DNA of 64,000 bases from Chrysemys picta bellii (taxonomy: Eukaryota): NCBI RefSeq assembly GCF_011386835.1, contig NC_088796.1, forward strand, positions 103,664,001-103,728,000, given 5' to 3'. How positions within the stretch are numbered: position 1 is the stretch's first letter; every line of letters begins with the position of its first letter. This document shows positions 25,431 through 37,064 of this stretch, in pieces. Below the pieces are notes generated by a model. The model did no database searches. It was not told where the DNA came from and worked only from the letters and a program-made list of their open reading frames with translations. The translations under genes and the position numbers were made by a program.

Positions 25431-26837
25431 ATAGGAATAACTATTTAGTGTTTTTATTTTTCTAATAAAGTTTCCTTTACTGTGATTCTTCACTGTTGTC
25501 ATGCCATCTTAGTCCCCCAGCTCTATACTGCTTTTTTGTAGGGGACAGATAAAGGGTGGTACTCTCCCCCAAGCCCCATCCATACCTCAAGCATTTGACA
25601 TTTATAATGCCAGAAAGCACCACTCAGTATGGCTCTTTATGACACAATAATCGTGGGTTTTTTTGTTATGTTTGTTACTTTGATCATCAGTGAAAGTACA
25701 CAATGTTCGCAGTTAAATCATCATCATCAAGCTTCAGAATCAACACACGATTGAGATAAAGGAAGCAATTCACACCTGTAAAAGCTATTGTTTAAGTCTC
25801 TGTGCAGACTCAAGTAGACAAAACAGCATTGGCTTGCATTCAGTTCATATTCTGAAGATTATCTTCGCAGCCATAGGAACCAGAGATTTAGGGCATGTCT
25901 ACACTACGAAATTAGGTCGAATTTATAGAAGCCGGTTTTATAGAAATCGGTTGTATACAGCTGATTGTGTGTGTCCCCACATAAAATGCTCTAAGTGCAT
26001 TAAGTCGGCGGACTGCGTCCACAGTACCGAGGCTAGCGTCGACTTCTGGGCCGTTGCACTGTGGGTAGCTATCCCACAGTTCCTGCAGTCTCCGCCGCCC
26101 ATTGGAATTCTGGGTTGAGATCCCAATGCCTGAATGATGCAAAACAGTGTCACAGGGGGTTCTGGGTACATGTCATCAGGCACCTCCCCTCCGTCAGAGC
26201 AATGGCAGACAATCGATTCGTGCCTTTTTACCTGGGTTACCTGTGCAGACAACATACCACGCCAAGCATGGAGCCCGCTCAGCTCAGCTCACCATCACCA
26301 TATGTCATCTGGGTGCCGGCAGACGTGGTACTGCATTGCTACACAGCAGCAGCCCCTTGCCTTTTGGTAGAAGATGGTATATTACGATTGATATCCGTCG
26401 TCGTCATACTGCAGTCGCTGTCAATCATGGGCACCTGGGCAGACATGCTCAGTTCTATCGAACAGTCTCGACGATGATGGCTATCAGTCGTAGTATGCTA
26501 TTTTCTGCCAAGCACCCAGAAGATGCCGAGGGCTATCAGTCATGCTGCACCGTCGTCTGCCAGCTTAAGATGTAAAAAATAGATTTGTTCTGTATTCATT
26601 TGCTTCCCCCTCCCTTCGTGAAATCAACGGCCTGCTAAACCCAGGGTTTTGAGTTCAATCTTTGGGGGGGGGGGGGGGGCATTCTGTGTGACAGTTGTTT
26701 GTGTTTCTCCCTGATGCATAGCCACCTTTGTTGATTTTAATTCCCTGTACCTGTATGCCATGTCGTCACTCACCCCTCCCTCCGTCCGATACTAGTTTCG
26801 CGCCTTTTTTCAGACCAGACGCCATAGCACTGGGATC

Positions 26838-28139
26838 ATGGAGCCTGCTCAGATCACCGCGGCAATTATGAGCACTATGAACACTACACGCATTGTCCTG
26901 GAGTATATGCAGAGCCAGGACATGCCAAAGCAAAACCAGGACCAGCCGAGGAGGCGATTGCAGCGTGGTGACGAGAGTGATGAGGAAATTGACATGGACA
27001 TAGACCTCTCACAAGGCACAGGCCCCAGCAATGTGCAAATCATGGTGTTACTGGGGCAGGTTCATGCCGTGGAATGCTGATTCTGGGCCCGGGAAACAAG
27101 CACAGACTGGTGGGACTGCATCGTGCTGCAGGTGTGGGACGATTCCCAGTGGCTGCGAAACTTTCGCATGCATAAGGGCACTTTCATGGAACTTTGTGAC
27201 TTGCTTTCCCCTGCCCTGAAGAGCCAGAATACCAGGATGAGAGCAGCCCTCACAGTTGAGAAGCGAGTGGCGATAGCCCTGTGGAAGCTTGCAACGCCAG
27301 ACAGCTACCAGTCAGTCGGGAATCAATTTGGAGTGGGCAAATCTACTGTAGGGGCTGCTGTGATCCAAGGTGCCAGGGCAATCAAAGACCTGGTGATATC
27401 AAGGGTAGTGACTCCGGGAAACGTGCAGGCCATAGTGGATGGCTTTGCTGCAATGGGATTCCCAAACTGTGGTGGGGCGATAGACGGAACCCATATCCCT
27501 ATCTTGGCACCAGAGCACCAAGCTATTGGGTACATAAACCGCAAGGGGTACTTTTCAATGCTGCTGCAAGCCCTGGTGGATCACAAGGGACATTTCACCA
27601 ACATCAACGTGGGATGGCCGGGAAAGGTACATGATGCTCGCGTCTTCAGGCACTCTGGTCTGTTTCGAAAGCTGGAGGAAGGGACTTTCTTCCCCGTCCG
27701 GAAAATAACCGTTGGGGATGTTGAAATGCCTATCGTGATCCTTGGGGACCCAGCCTACCCCTTAATGCCATGGCTCATGAAGCCGTACACAGGCAGCCTG
27801 GACAGTAGTCAGGACCTGTTCAACTACAGGCTGAGCAAGTGCCGAATGGTGGTGGAATGTGCATTTGGACGTTTAAAAGCACGCTGGCGCAGCTTACTGA
27901 CTCGCTCAGACCTCAGCGAAAAGAATATCCCCATTGTTATTGCTGCTTGCTGTGCACTCCACAATATCTGTGAGAGTAAGGGGGAGACATTTATGGCAGG
28001 GTGGGAGGTTGAGGCACATCGCCCGGCCACTGATTACGCGCAGCCAGACACCAGGGCGGTTAGAAGAGCACAGCAGGACGCGGTGCGCATCAGAGAAGCT
28101 TTGAAAACGAGTTTTGTGACTGGCCAGGCTACGGTGTGA
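26838..28139 (+). CDS. Harbinger DDE transposase (HARBI1-like nuclease family), 433 codons with one in-frame TGA at 27078-27080
   Basis: ORFs 26838-27080 and 27123-28139 share a frame. Motifs GAIDGTHIPI, HDARVF, ILGDPAYPL and FNYRLSKCRMVVECAFGRLKARWR are intact. Confidence 0.93.
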
Positions 28140-28390
28140 AACTTCTGTTTGTTTCTCCTTGATGAACCCTCTGCCCCCCCCCATCTGGTTCACTCTACAT
28201 CCCTGTAAACCAACCACCCCACCCTCCCCTCCCCCTTTCGAGCACCGCTTGCAGAGGCAATAAAGTCATTGTTACTTCACATTCATGCATTCTTTATTAA
28301 TTCATCACACAACTAGGGGGATAATTGCCAAGATAGCCCGGGATGGGTGGGGGAGGAGGGAAGGAAAAAGACACACTGCAGTTTAAAACT

Positions 28391-28893
28391 TTAACTCTTA
28401 TTGAAGGCCAGCCTTCTGATGCTCAGGCAATCATCTGGGGTGGAGTGACTGGGTGGCCGGAGGCCCCCCCACCGTGTTCTTGGGCGTCTGGGTGAGGAGG
28501 CTATGGAACTTGAGGAGTAGGGCTGTTGGTTACACAGGGGCTGTAGCGGCGGTCTCTGCTCCTGCTGCCTTTCCTGCAGCTCAACCATACGCTGGAGCAT
28601 ATCAGTTTGATGCTCCAGCAGCCGGAGCATCGACTCTTGCCTTCTGTCTGCAAGCTGACGCCACCTATCATCTTCAGCCCGCCACTTGCTCTGTTCATCC
28701 CACAATTCAGCCCGCCACCTCTCCTCTCATTCATACTGTCCTTTTCTGTAGTCTGACATTGACTGCCTCCACGCATTCTGCTGTGCTTTTTCAGCGTGGG
28801 AGGACATCTGGAGCTCCGTGAACATATCATCCCGAGTCCGCCGTTTTCTCCTTCTAATCTTCACTAGCCTCTGTGAAGGAGAAACATTTGCAG
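28391..28893 (-). CDS. Harbinger Myb/SANT protein exon 2 (basic NLS-like segment plus coiled coil), in-frame TGA at 28727-28729
   Basis: Acceptor ctcccttctcctccaccag|; the frame joins exon 1 and reads AANVSPSQRLVKIRRRKRRTRDDMF...QYE*EERWRAE...RRLAFNKS*. Confidence 0.8.
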
Positions 28894-29825
28894 CTGGTGG
28901 AGGAGAAGGGAGAGGTGGTTAAAAAAGACACATTTTAGAGAACAATGGGTACACTCTTTCACGTTAAATTTTGCTGTTCACATTACACAGCACATGTGCT
29001 TTCGTTACAAGATGGCATTTTTCCTCTTATATTGAGGGCCTGCCGGTTTGGTGTGATAGATCACTCACGCAGTGCCAGGCAACAGATTTCGGCTTGCAGG
29101 CAGCCATGGTAAGCCACAGTCTTTTGGCTTTTTTAACCTTCTTAACATCTGGGAATGGTTTCAAACAGTAGCACCCTCATTTCCCATACCAAGCACCCGT
29201 TGGGTTGGCCATTTAAAATGGGTTTGCAATGTAAAAGGAGGGGCTGCGGTTTCCGGGTTAACATGCAACACAAACCCAACTAACCCCCCCTTCCCCCGAC
29301 ACCCAATTATAGGGGATGATCACTTCACCCCTCCCCCCCACCACGTGGCTAACAGTGGGGAACATTTCTGTTCAGCAGAGCAGGAAGGGGCACCTCTGAA
29401 TGTCCCCTTAATAAAATCGCCCCATTTCAACCAGGTGACCGTGAATGATCTCACTCTCCTGAGGATAACAAAGAGCGATAAGGAATGGATGTTGTCTGCA
29501 TGCCAGCAAACACTGGGACCATACGCTGCCATGCTTTGTTATGCAATGATTCCAGACTACGTGCTACTGGCCTGGCATGGTAAAGTGTCCTATCATGGCA
29601 GACGGGATAAGGCAGCCCTCCCAAGAAACCTTTTGCAAAGGCTTTGGGAGTACATGAAGGACAGCTTTCTGGAGATGTCCCTGGAGGATTTCCGCTCCAT
29701 CCCCATACACGTTAACAGACTTTTCCAGTAGCTATACTGGCCGCGATTGCCAGGGCAAATTAATCATTAATCATTAAACACACTTGCTTTTAAACCATGT
29801 GTAATATTTACAAAGGTACACTCAC

Positions 29826-30375
29826 CAGAGGTCCCCTGTGTGCCCTCAGGGTCTGGGAGCATGCCTTGGGTGAGTTCGGGGGTTACTGACTCCAGGTCCA
29901 GGGTGATAAACATATCCTGGCTGTTGGGGAAACCGGTTTCTCCGCTTCCTTGCTGCTGTGAGCTATCTACATTATCTTCATCCTCATCTTTCTTGTACCC
30001 CGAACCCGCTTCCCTGTGTGTTTCTCCAGTGACGGAGTCATAGCATACGGTTGGGGTAGTGGTGGCTGCACCCCCTAGCATGGCATGCAGCTCCGAGTAG
30101 AAGCAGCATGTTTGCGGCTCTGCCCCGGACCTTCCGTTTGCCTCTTTGGCTTTGTGGTAGGCTTGCCTTAGCTCCTTAATTTTCACGCGGCACTGCTGTG
30201 CGTCCCTGTTATGGCCTCTGTCCTTCATGGCCTTGGAGACCTTTTCTAATATTTTGCCATTTCGTTTACTGCTACGGAGTTCAGCTATCACTGCTTCATC
30301 TCCCCATATGGCGAGGAGATCCCGTACCTCCCGTTCGGTCCATGCTGGAGCTCTTTTGCGATCCTGGGACTCCAT
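29826..30375 (-). CDS. Harbinger Myb/SANT-like trihelix DNA-binding protein, exon 1
   Basis: ATG at 30375; RAPAWTEREVRDLLAIWG...RDAQQCRVKIKELRQAY matches Myb_DNA-bind_4/MSANTD-type domains; phase-1 donor G|gtgagt at 29825. Confidence 0.9.
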
Positions 30376-31274
30376 CACGGTTACCTGTGCTGATGAGCTC
30401 TGCGTGGTCACCTGTGCTCTCCACGCTGGGCAAACAGGAAATGAAATTCAAACGTTCGCGGGGCTTTTTCTGTCTACCTGGTCAGTGCATCTGAGTTGAG
30501 AGTGCTGTCCAGAGCGGTCACAATGAAGCACTGTGGGATAGCTCCCGGAGACCAATAATGTTGAATTCCGTCCACACTACCCCAATTCCAACCTGCTAAG
30601 GCTGATTTTATCGCTAATCCCCTCGTCGGACATGGAGTAAAAAAAACGGTTTAAAGGGCCCTGTAAGTCAAAAGAAAGGGCTTAGTCGTGTGAACGTGTC
30701 CAGGCTTAATTTGATTTAACGCTACTAAAGTCGACCTAAACTCGTAATGTAGACCAGGCCATAGATTGTGTAAATTGTCATAGCTCCATCGCACCCATAG
30801 TTTTTGTTTTTAGTGAAAAGTTTTTTTTCCTTGAGTACAGTGTGTCATCCACAAAAAGGAGGTTACTTACCTGTAATTGAATGATCTTCTAGATGTGTGG
30901 TCCGTATCTGTATTCCACTGAGTGTTACGAACACATACCATGCTCTCAGAGTTGGAGAGCTTTGAAAGCAGGGTCCATTGATCCAGGCACATGCCCTGAC
31001 TCGCCTCGTGCTTCCATCTGAGTTCATAAAGGGTGAGGCAGACCAACCGAATCCCCAGTTCCTTCTCTACTTCGAATCTGACCAATCCAATGCAGAGGGG
31101 AAGGAGGGCAGGAAGTGGAATACAGAGAGGGACCACACGCCACAAAGAATCTCCAGTTACAGTTAAGTAATCTTCTCTTCTTTGAATGATAGTCATTATT
31201 GTATTCCACTGAGGTTGATTGAAAAGTAGTACCTAAGTTGGTAGAGGGTGAGAGGATGAAAATGGAAGGGTCGT

Positions 31275-32290
31275 TCAGAGGACAGTCATGCCAAAGGAGG
31301 TATTCGTCATTGAGTCCTGCACAAGAGCATAATGTGTTGCAAAGGTGCGCACCGAACTCCACATGGCTGCTCTACGTGTGTGGATGAGAGGCATGTTCTG
31401 GAGGGAAGCTGTAGTTATAGCTAGAGCCCTAGTGGAATGAGTCCATATCCCTGCAGGCACAGGTAGGCCTGATTGATAGCACAGCTTGATGCAGTTAGAA
31501 ATCCACTTTAAGATTGTCTGGATGGAGATAGCCAAGAGACTTGGGGACCAAGCTATGGCAATGAACAGTCTATGGGATTTCCCGTAGGTTTCATTCTCTG
31601 TAGGGAGAAGGCCAGAACATACTGAACAGAGCAGAAATGGAGTCGACATTCTTCTGAGGAGGCATGCAATTTCAGAAAGAAAACAAGCAAGCGAATAGCT
31701 TGGTTAATGTGAAAATGGGATACCACCTTAGGTAGAAATTTAGGGTGCTGGCATAAGGAGACCTTGTGGAATATTGTGAACAGCGGGTCTGCCATCATAG
31801 TGCTGAGTTCCCCAACTCTCCTCACCGAAGCGATAGCAACCAGGAAGGCAACTTTCATGGACAAGAAGGACATGGAGGAAGATGCCAGCGACTCAAAGGG
31901 GGATTTTGTTAAAGCGGAGAGTACCAAATTCAGGTCCCTTCGAGGAGTGATTGGCTGGAGGGGGGCAGAAAGTTCTGAGGAGGCCCTTCCAAAATCTAGC
32001 AGTTAGTGAATGTATAAAAATGGAGCGACCCTCCACAGTTGGATGGAACACACAGACTGCAGTCAGGTCGACTGTCAAAGTGCTGAGGGCAAGACCCATG
32101 ACTTTAGGAACAGAATCCTAGTAGTAGGATGAGGGGGATTTCCACCTTGTCTGGTAGAACCCCTTTATATTGGGCCCAAGACAAAAAGTGCCTCCATTAA
32201 GCCTGGTAACATTGGCTAGTGGATTCCTTCCTGCTGTTAGAGAGAATAGCTTGTACAGCTGAGGAGCATTCCCATTCTAGCATAGATGCC
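31275..32290 (-). pseudogene. DIRS tyrosine recombinase
   Basis: AVQAILSNSRKESTSQCY N-terminus; MKVAFLVAIASVRRVGEL (catalytic R); THSTRA (HxxR); AMWSSVRTFATHY (W, catalytic Y); frameshifted. Confidence 0.88.
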
Positions 32291-32419
32291 CATCGAAATA
32301 CCATGCCCTGGAATGGAGCAGATGTGGATTGGGGTGCTTGATTCTGCCATCATGCTGGGTCAGGAGATCAGGGAAGTAATGGACAGGGATCAGGGGATGG
32401 AACAATATGCAGAGGAGAC

Positions 32420-32741
32420 TGGGGAACCAGAATTGTCTGGGCCAGAAGGGGGCAAGGAGAATGACTGTCGCCCTGTCTTACTTCATCTTGTGGAGTACTT
32501 GAGGTAGGCGCAGTAGTGGAGGAAACGCATAGTTGAGTTCGTCTGGCCATGATAGGAGAGCTTTGCCCTGGGAGTTATAACCGAGGGCTCCTCTGGAGGA
32601 ATATGTGGCGCACTTGCTGTTTGTCTGAGAAGTTAACAGGTCTCTGATTGGGGTCCCCCGTTTCTCAAAGATGTTGTGTAACATCGTATTGCAAAACTCC
32701 CACTCGTGGTTGATGGTAAAGTGTCTATTGAGAGAGTCCAC
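32420..32741 (-). pseudogene. DIRS Dam-like methyltransferase domain remnant
   Basis: HEWEF...GTPIRDLLTSQTNSKC..Y.S...W...LNYAFPP..LPQVLHKM, then RATVILLAPFWPRQFWFP in a shifted frame. Confidence 0.7.
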
Positions 32742-32807
32742 AAGTCCGTTCTGTGTCCCCAGAAAATAGGTAGCAGATAGAGTGATCTGATGATTGATGC
32801 ACCAGTT

Positions 32808-33890
32808 TCAGAGACTGACTGTTTCTGTGCAAAAAACAGAGAATCTTGCTCCAGGCTGCTTGTTGATATAGAAAATCGAGGTAGTGTCAGACATGATGAA
32901 AGTGAATGAGAGGGAGAAATGGTTTTCATGCCCTTCACACTGCTCTAAGTTCCAGGATTCTTGAAGTCTCCACGCGTCTTGCACTGTGAAGGCCTCCATA
33001 TGGGCTTCCCAGCCTTCGAGGGATGCATCAGTGATTATAATCTTGCTCAGAGAGGAGGGGAGAAAGGGAACGCAAATGTGTACGTGGTGTGGATCTGTCC
33101 ACCACAGAAGAGGCAACAGCTGGGACTGTCAGCCCGAGGTCCAAAGAGTCACTGCTTGGAGAATACACGATCTGGAGCCATGTCTCAAGGGAGAGAAAGT
33201 GGAGCCTTGTGAAAGGTCACAGGGAGCACAGAGCCACATGGCTCCAAGAGACAGGCAAGTCCTGGCTGGTACCCGTGGGTTGCTTGTGATGTGAGAAATG
33301 ATGTTCATTGTCTGAAATCTGTCTGGGAGCTGGTACACCCATGCTGTGATACAGTTTAAGGTAGCCCTGATGAAGTCTAGTGACTGAGTGGGGCTGAGGA
33401 TCAATTTCTCAATGTTAATGCTGACTCGCATTGAAGCAAGGAGATTGAGTAACATAGAGGTTGACACAAGGGCTTCTTGAGGGGACTTGACTGCCCGGAG
33501 CCAGTCACTGAGATACGGGAAAACAAGAAGGCCATAACATCTGATCTGAGCTGCCACTACAGAAAATACTTTGGTGAAGAGTCTGGGATCGTTAGCTATG
33601 CCCAAGGGAAGCACTTGCTACTAGAAATGCTACTAAATTTTAAATTTGCTAAAATTTACAGATTTACCCATTGTAAATCTGAGAAAATGTCTGTGGGAGG
33701 GATAAATGTCAATGTAAAAGCAAGCATTCTTCATATCGCAAGCCATGAACCACATGCATTTTTATAGGGATGGAATTATTGCTGCCAGCATTACCAAGTG
33801 AAACTTGAGTTTGCGGCTGAAGCAACTGAGGTGGTGAAGGTCAAGGATTGGTCTCCAACCACCTTTCTTCTTGAGGATTAAGAAGTAAGT
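32808..33890 (-). pseudogene. DIRS reverse transcriptase and RNase H
   Basis: YFLILKKKGGWRPILDL; LPLGIANDPRLFTKV...VFPYLSDWL (YLDD degenerate); IITDASLEGWEAH (RNase H). Confidence 0.9.
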
Positions 33891-34134
33891 TGAGCAGAAC
33901 CCTGTTCTTTGATATTCTGTCTATAGGAACGTGTTATTGCCCCCTGTTGCAATGAAGTGTTCACCTTGAGTGAGGATACTGTCATGAGAGTGGTCCCCAA
34001 AGGGGCACAGGGAGGGGGGATTTGGAGGAGGTAGCCTGACAAACTTGATTGTATAGCAAATGCAGATGATATTCAGCACCCATTTGTCTATTGTGCTAAG
34101 TGACCCCGAAAGGAAGTGGAGGAGTCACAAGGTG

Positions 34135-36290
34135 TTAGGCTTTGTGGTTGGCAGCTCTCGAGCTCATGTCAAAAATACATCTTGGCCTGAGGCTGGGTTT
34201 GAGATGAGGAAGCCAAAAGAGGGGTGCGGAGGGAACCAACATTTTGAGTTTTCTGGCATTTTCACACAGGGTTCCAGTGGATGAATGACCAGCGGAACTT
34301 GTGTTGGGGCAGGAGTGTATATTCCCAAGGAGTTGAGGTCTAGCCCTAGATTTTTTTAATGTATGTAAAGACTCATCTGTCATTTGGTTAAAAAGATAGG
34401 ATTCATCAAAAGGGAGGTGCTCAATGATATTCTGGACCTCCCTCAGAAAACCAGAAGCATGAATCCAGGACCCCCTATGCAACACGATAGCAGTGGCCAT
34501 GGCCCTGGAGGAGGTGTCAGCCACGTCTATGGTGGACTTGAGAGGAGTTCTGGCTATAAGTTCCCCTTCCTTGATGAGGTTCTGGAACCAGGCACGGTCT
34601 TGTTGAGGTACGGTACCAGCAAGTTCCTTGAAGTTAGCGTAATTCAGGATGTCATATTTAGTCAATAGGGCTTAATAACTGGCTATCCTGAACTGCACAC
34701 TGAAGGAAGAGAAGACTTTTCTCCCCAGAAGGTTGAGGAGTTTTCCTTTTTTATCCCCAGGAATGGACTGAAGGGGGTGCTGCTTGGTCCCCTCTGCAGC
34801 AGCCTGAACTACTAGCAAATTTGGAGCAGGATGGGAGAAGAGGAATTCTGATCCCTTGGTCAGGATGTAGTATTACTTCTCCGTTCCTTTGAGGTGGTGG
34901 AACAAATGTCAGGAGTATGCCATACAGCTCTGGCTGGCTCCACTGTTAATTGGGACTGCAATTCTTGCCAGTGCCAAAGCGTATAGGCTATCCAGGAGTT
35001 TATGCTGCGAGTCCTGAACCTCCTCCAGTGGGACCTGGAGTTCTCCTGCAACTCTCCTCAGAAGCTCCTGAAAAACTGTCTCAAGTCATCTGATGGGGAA
35101 GACAACGATGTAGCAACCAATCATACAGTGAGGAGGATGGGAACCTAGCAAGTTCTGGCAGAACTTCCAGGACCAGGGATCTTCCACCACTATTAGATCC
35201 ACAAATGTGCTTGATAGATCTCTTGGGGTTGGGAGAGGGGAGAAACAGGAGGTGATTCTCTTCTAGACAGGTTGGTTCCAATGGAGTGTACTATGTCCAG
35301 GAACCTCAATATGGCCAGTAAGCTAGATCCACTGGAGGTTATAGAAGTCCCCCTGGCTTTGGGTACCAATGACTCCAAGGAGGGTGATGGGGTAAGTTGT
35401 TCCCATGGACGAGCATGTCTCCTTGATGGTACATAGGAGCAGTATGGAAGAGGTGGTTCTTTGTCCAGCTCCGATTCATCTGAAGAAGAGAAGGCAGATG
35501 CAGTTCTAGTGGAGGTACTGCCAGAGCCAATGGAACAGAGTATAGTACCTGTGAGGAAGGCAAAGACCTGTACTCTAGAACATCTCATTGAGGGGATATG
35601 ATGTCCCTGGAAGTGGAGGGGACCAATGGAGGAGGGGAAGCTGGGTCTGTAAAACAAAGACCTCATGAGGTTCAGGCCTGGATCCAGATGTTCCTGGTGT
35701 GAGGGGCACTCTTTCCCTCTTGGTACTGGCGCTGAGGACTTCCCCAGTACAGGCAGTTGTCGTGGCCTCATGGTGTGCTGCTAATGGCACTATGGCTGTT
35801 CAAAGCTCGGGACTGTGGGACATCATAGTTTCTGGGTCTTCTTTTTGTGTCTGTGGGACTTGGACCACGCACTGATCCCTTGTGCTGAGCTAGTGTAGGG
35901 AGCATCCATTTTTTTGGACTTGGCAGAAGACTCAATCCCATGCTTATGGGAGTGCTTCCGAACTTCCTGACTAGGCCCCACCATAGGATCAGTGTGGGGT
36001 AGTCCTGCCAGCACCGGAGTCAGACATACTAGCTGAGGTATGCTTCTCACTGAATCAGGCCGATCTACAGGGGGGATTCCCTGGCCTGGGTCTGAGTGCA
36101 TCCTCACAGCCATCTCCATGAGATACTTGCAGAGATAAAGAGCTGGCCTTCGTGGGTTTGTCTGAGAAGGGATTAGCAAATACTTCACCTAGCCATAACA
36201 TGAGCTTCTCCCAGGCAGCAGGGGCAGCATTGATAGTCGTCGCTACCAGAGAAGGATCACGGGCAGGAGGTGTAGAGTTTGAAGTCTTAG
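34135..36290 (-). pseudogene. DIRS ORF1/gag (N-terminal Cys/His motif, S/P-rich middle, LAP2alpha-like C-terminus)
   Basis: SDDYQCCPCCLGEAHVMAR near 36200; LIKEGELIARTPLKSTIDVADTSSRAMATAIVLHRGSW...IEHLPFDESYLF at 34400-34600. Confidence 0.8.
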
Positions 36291-37064
36291 GTGCTGGGAA
36301 TAGTGTGGCACCTGCCTAGGGGTTTGGGAGCGGTTAGGGGAAAAACCCAATGCTATCCTAAAACTAACGTTAAAAACTATAAACTATTAAACCAGGAGAG
36401 ATAAAAACTAGTAAAACTGTAGATAAAACCGGTAAACTAACTATGATCTTTTCGAAGTACATCAGAGATGAGGACACTAAAGTTCCAATCTGGACCATGC
36501 AGCAGTGAGAAGGAAATGGAGACGCAGTCGATCCACCCTGCCCTTTGTTGCCTTGGATGGAACTATGAGGTGAGTCACGGTGCATGCCCGGACCGATGGA
36601 TGCTACTTTCAGAATTCTCCGACTTCAGGCCCATGGGGCATATACATAACCCTCAGTGCAAGACCATCACTCAAAAGAGGAAAAATTATGGGGTTCCTGA
36701 TCCAATGTTATCTTGCCCAGTCCAACTCCTGTTTTTACTCAATGTCAATTCAATACACATATATGAATCACTGCAATGCATTTTATAAACATAATACATG
36801 CATCCAAAAATGTTCTTCCTTTATAGTGGTACCTGATTAAAGAAATGGCATAACTAATTAATGAAGCAGAGTAGAAATCCTATGAGGAGCTTATTGGAGT
36901 TATTCATTTAGTACTCAAGTTTACCATGCTTATTACAATAAACATCAAAATATTTAATAACTACTAGACAGTTTTCAAGAGTGTCACTATCTTTGTATAA
37001 TCAGAGGTAGCACTCAACAGAAACAGTATTTATACTGGTACTTATCTTGTTCTAGAGCTATGAA

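Larger units (their letters stand above)
25891..30760 (+). mobile_element. Full-length PIF/Harbinger DNA transposon (4.87 kb)
   Basis: TIRs GGGCATGTCTACACTACGAAATTAGGTCGA and TCGACCTAAACTCGTAATGTAGACCAGGCC; flanks TTA and ATA (3-bp TSD, 1 mismatch); encodes a DDE transposase and a convergent Myb/SANT protein. Confidence 0.95.
30853..36685 (-). mobile_element. Full-length but decayed DIRS1-type tyrosine-recombinase retrotransposon
   Basis: Order gag - RT - RNase H - MT - YR. ITRs about 36500-36685 and 30860-31080 are inverted relative to each other. The ICR (31114-31215) is complementary to both outer termini. Confidence 0.92.

Noticed and set aside
25687-25775. Minus-strand acceptor followed by VNCFLYLNRVLILKLDDDDLTANIVYFH*
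   Set aside because: No convincing donor and no recognised homology
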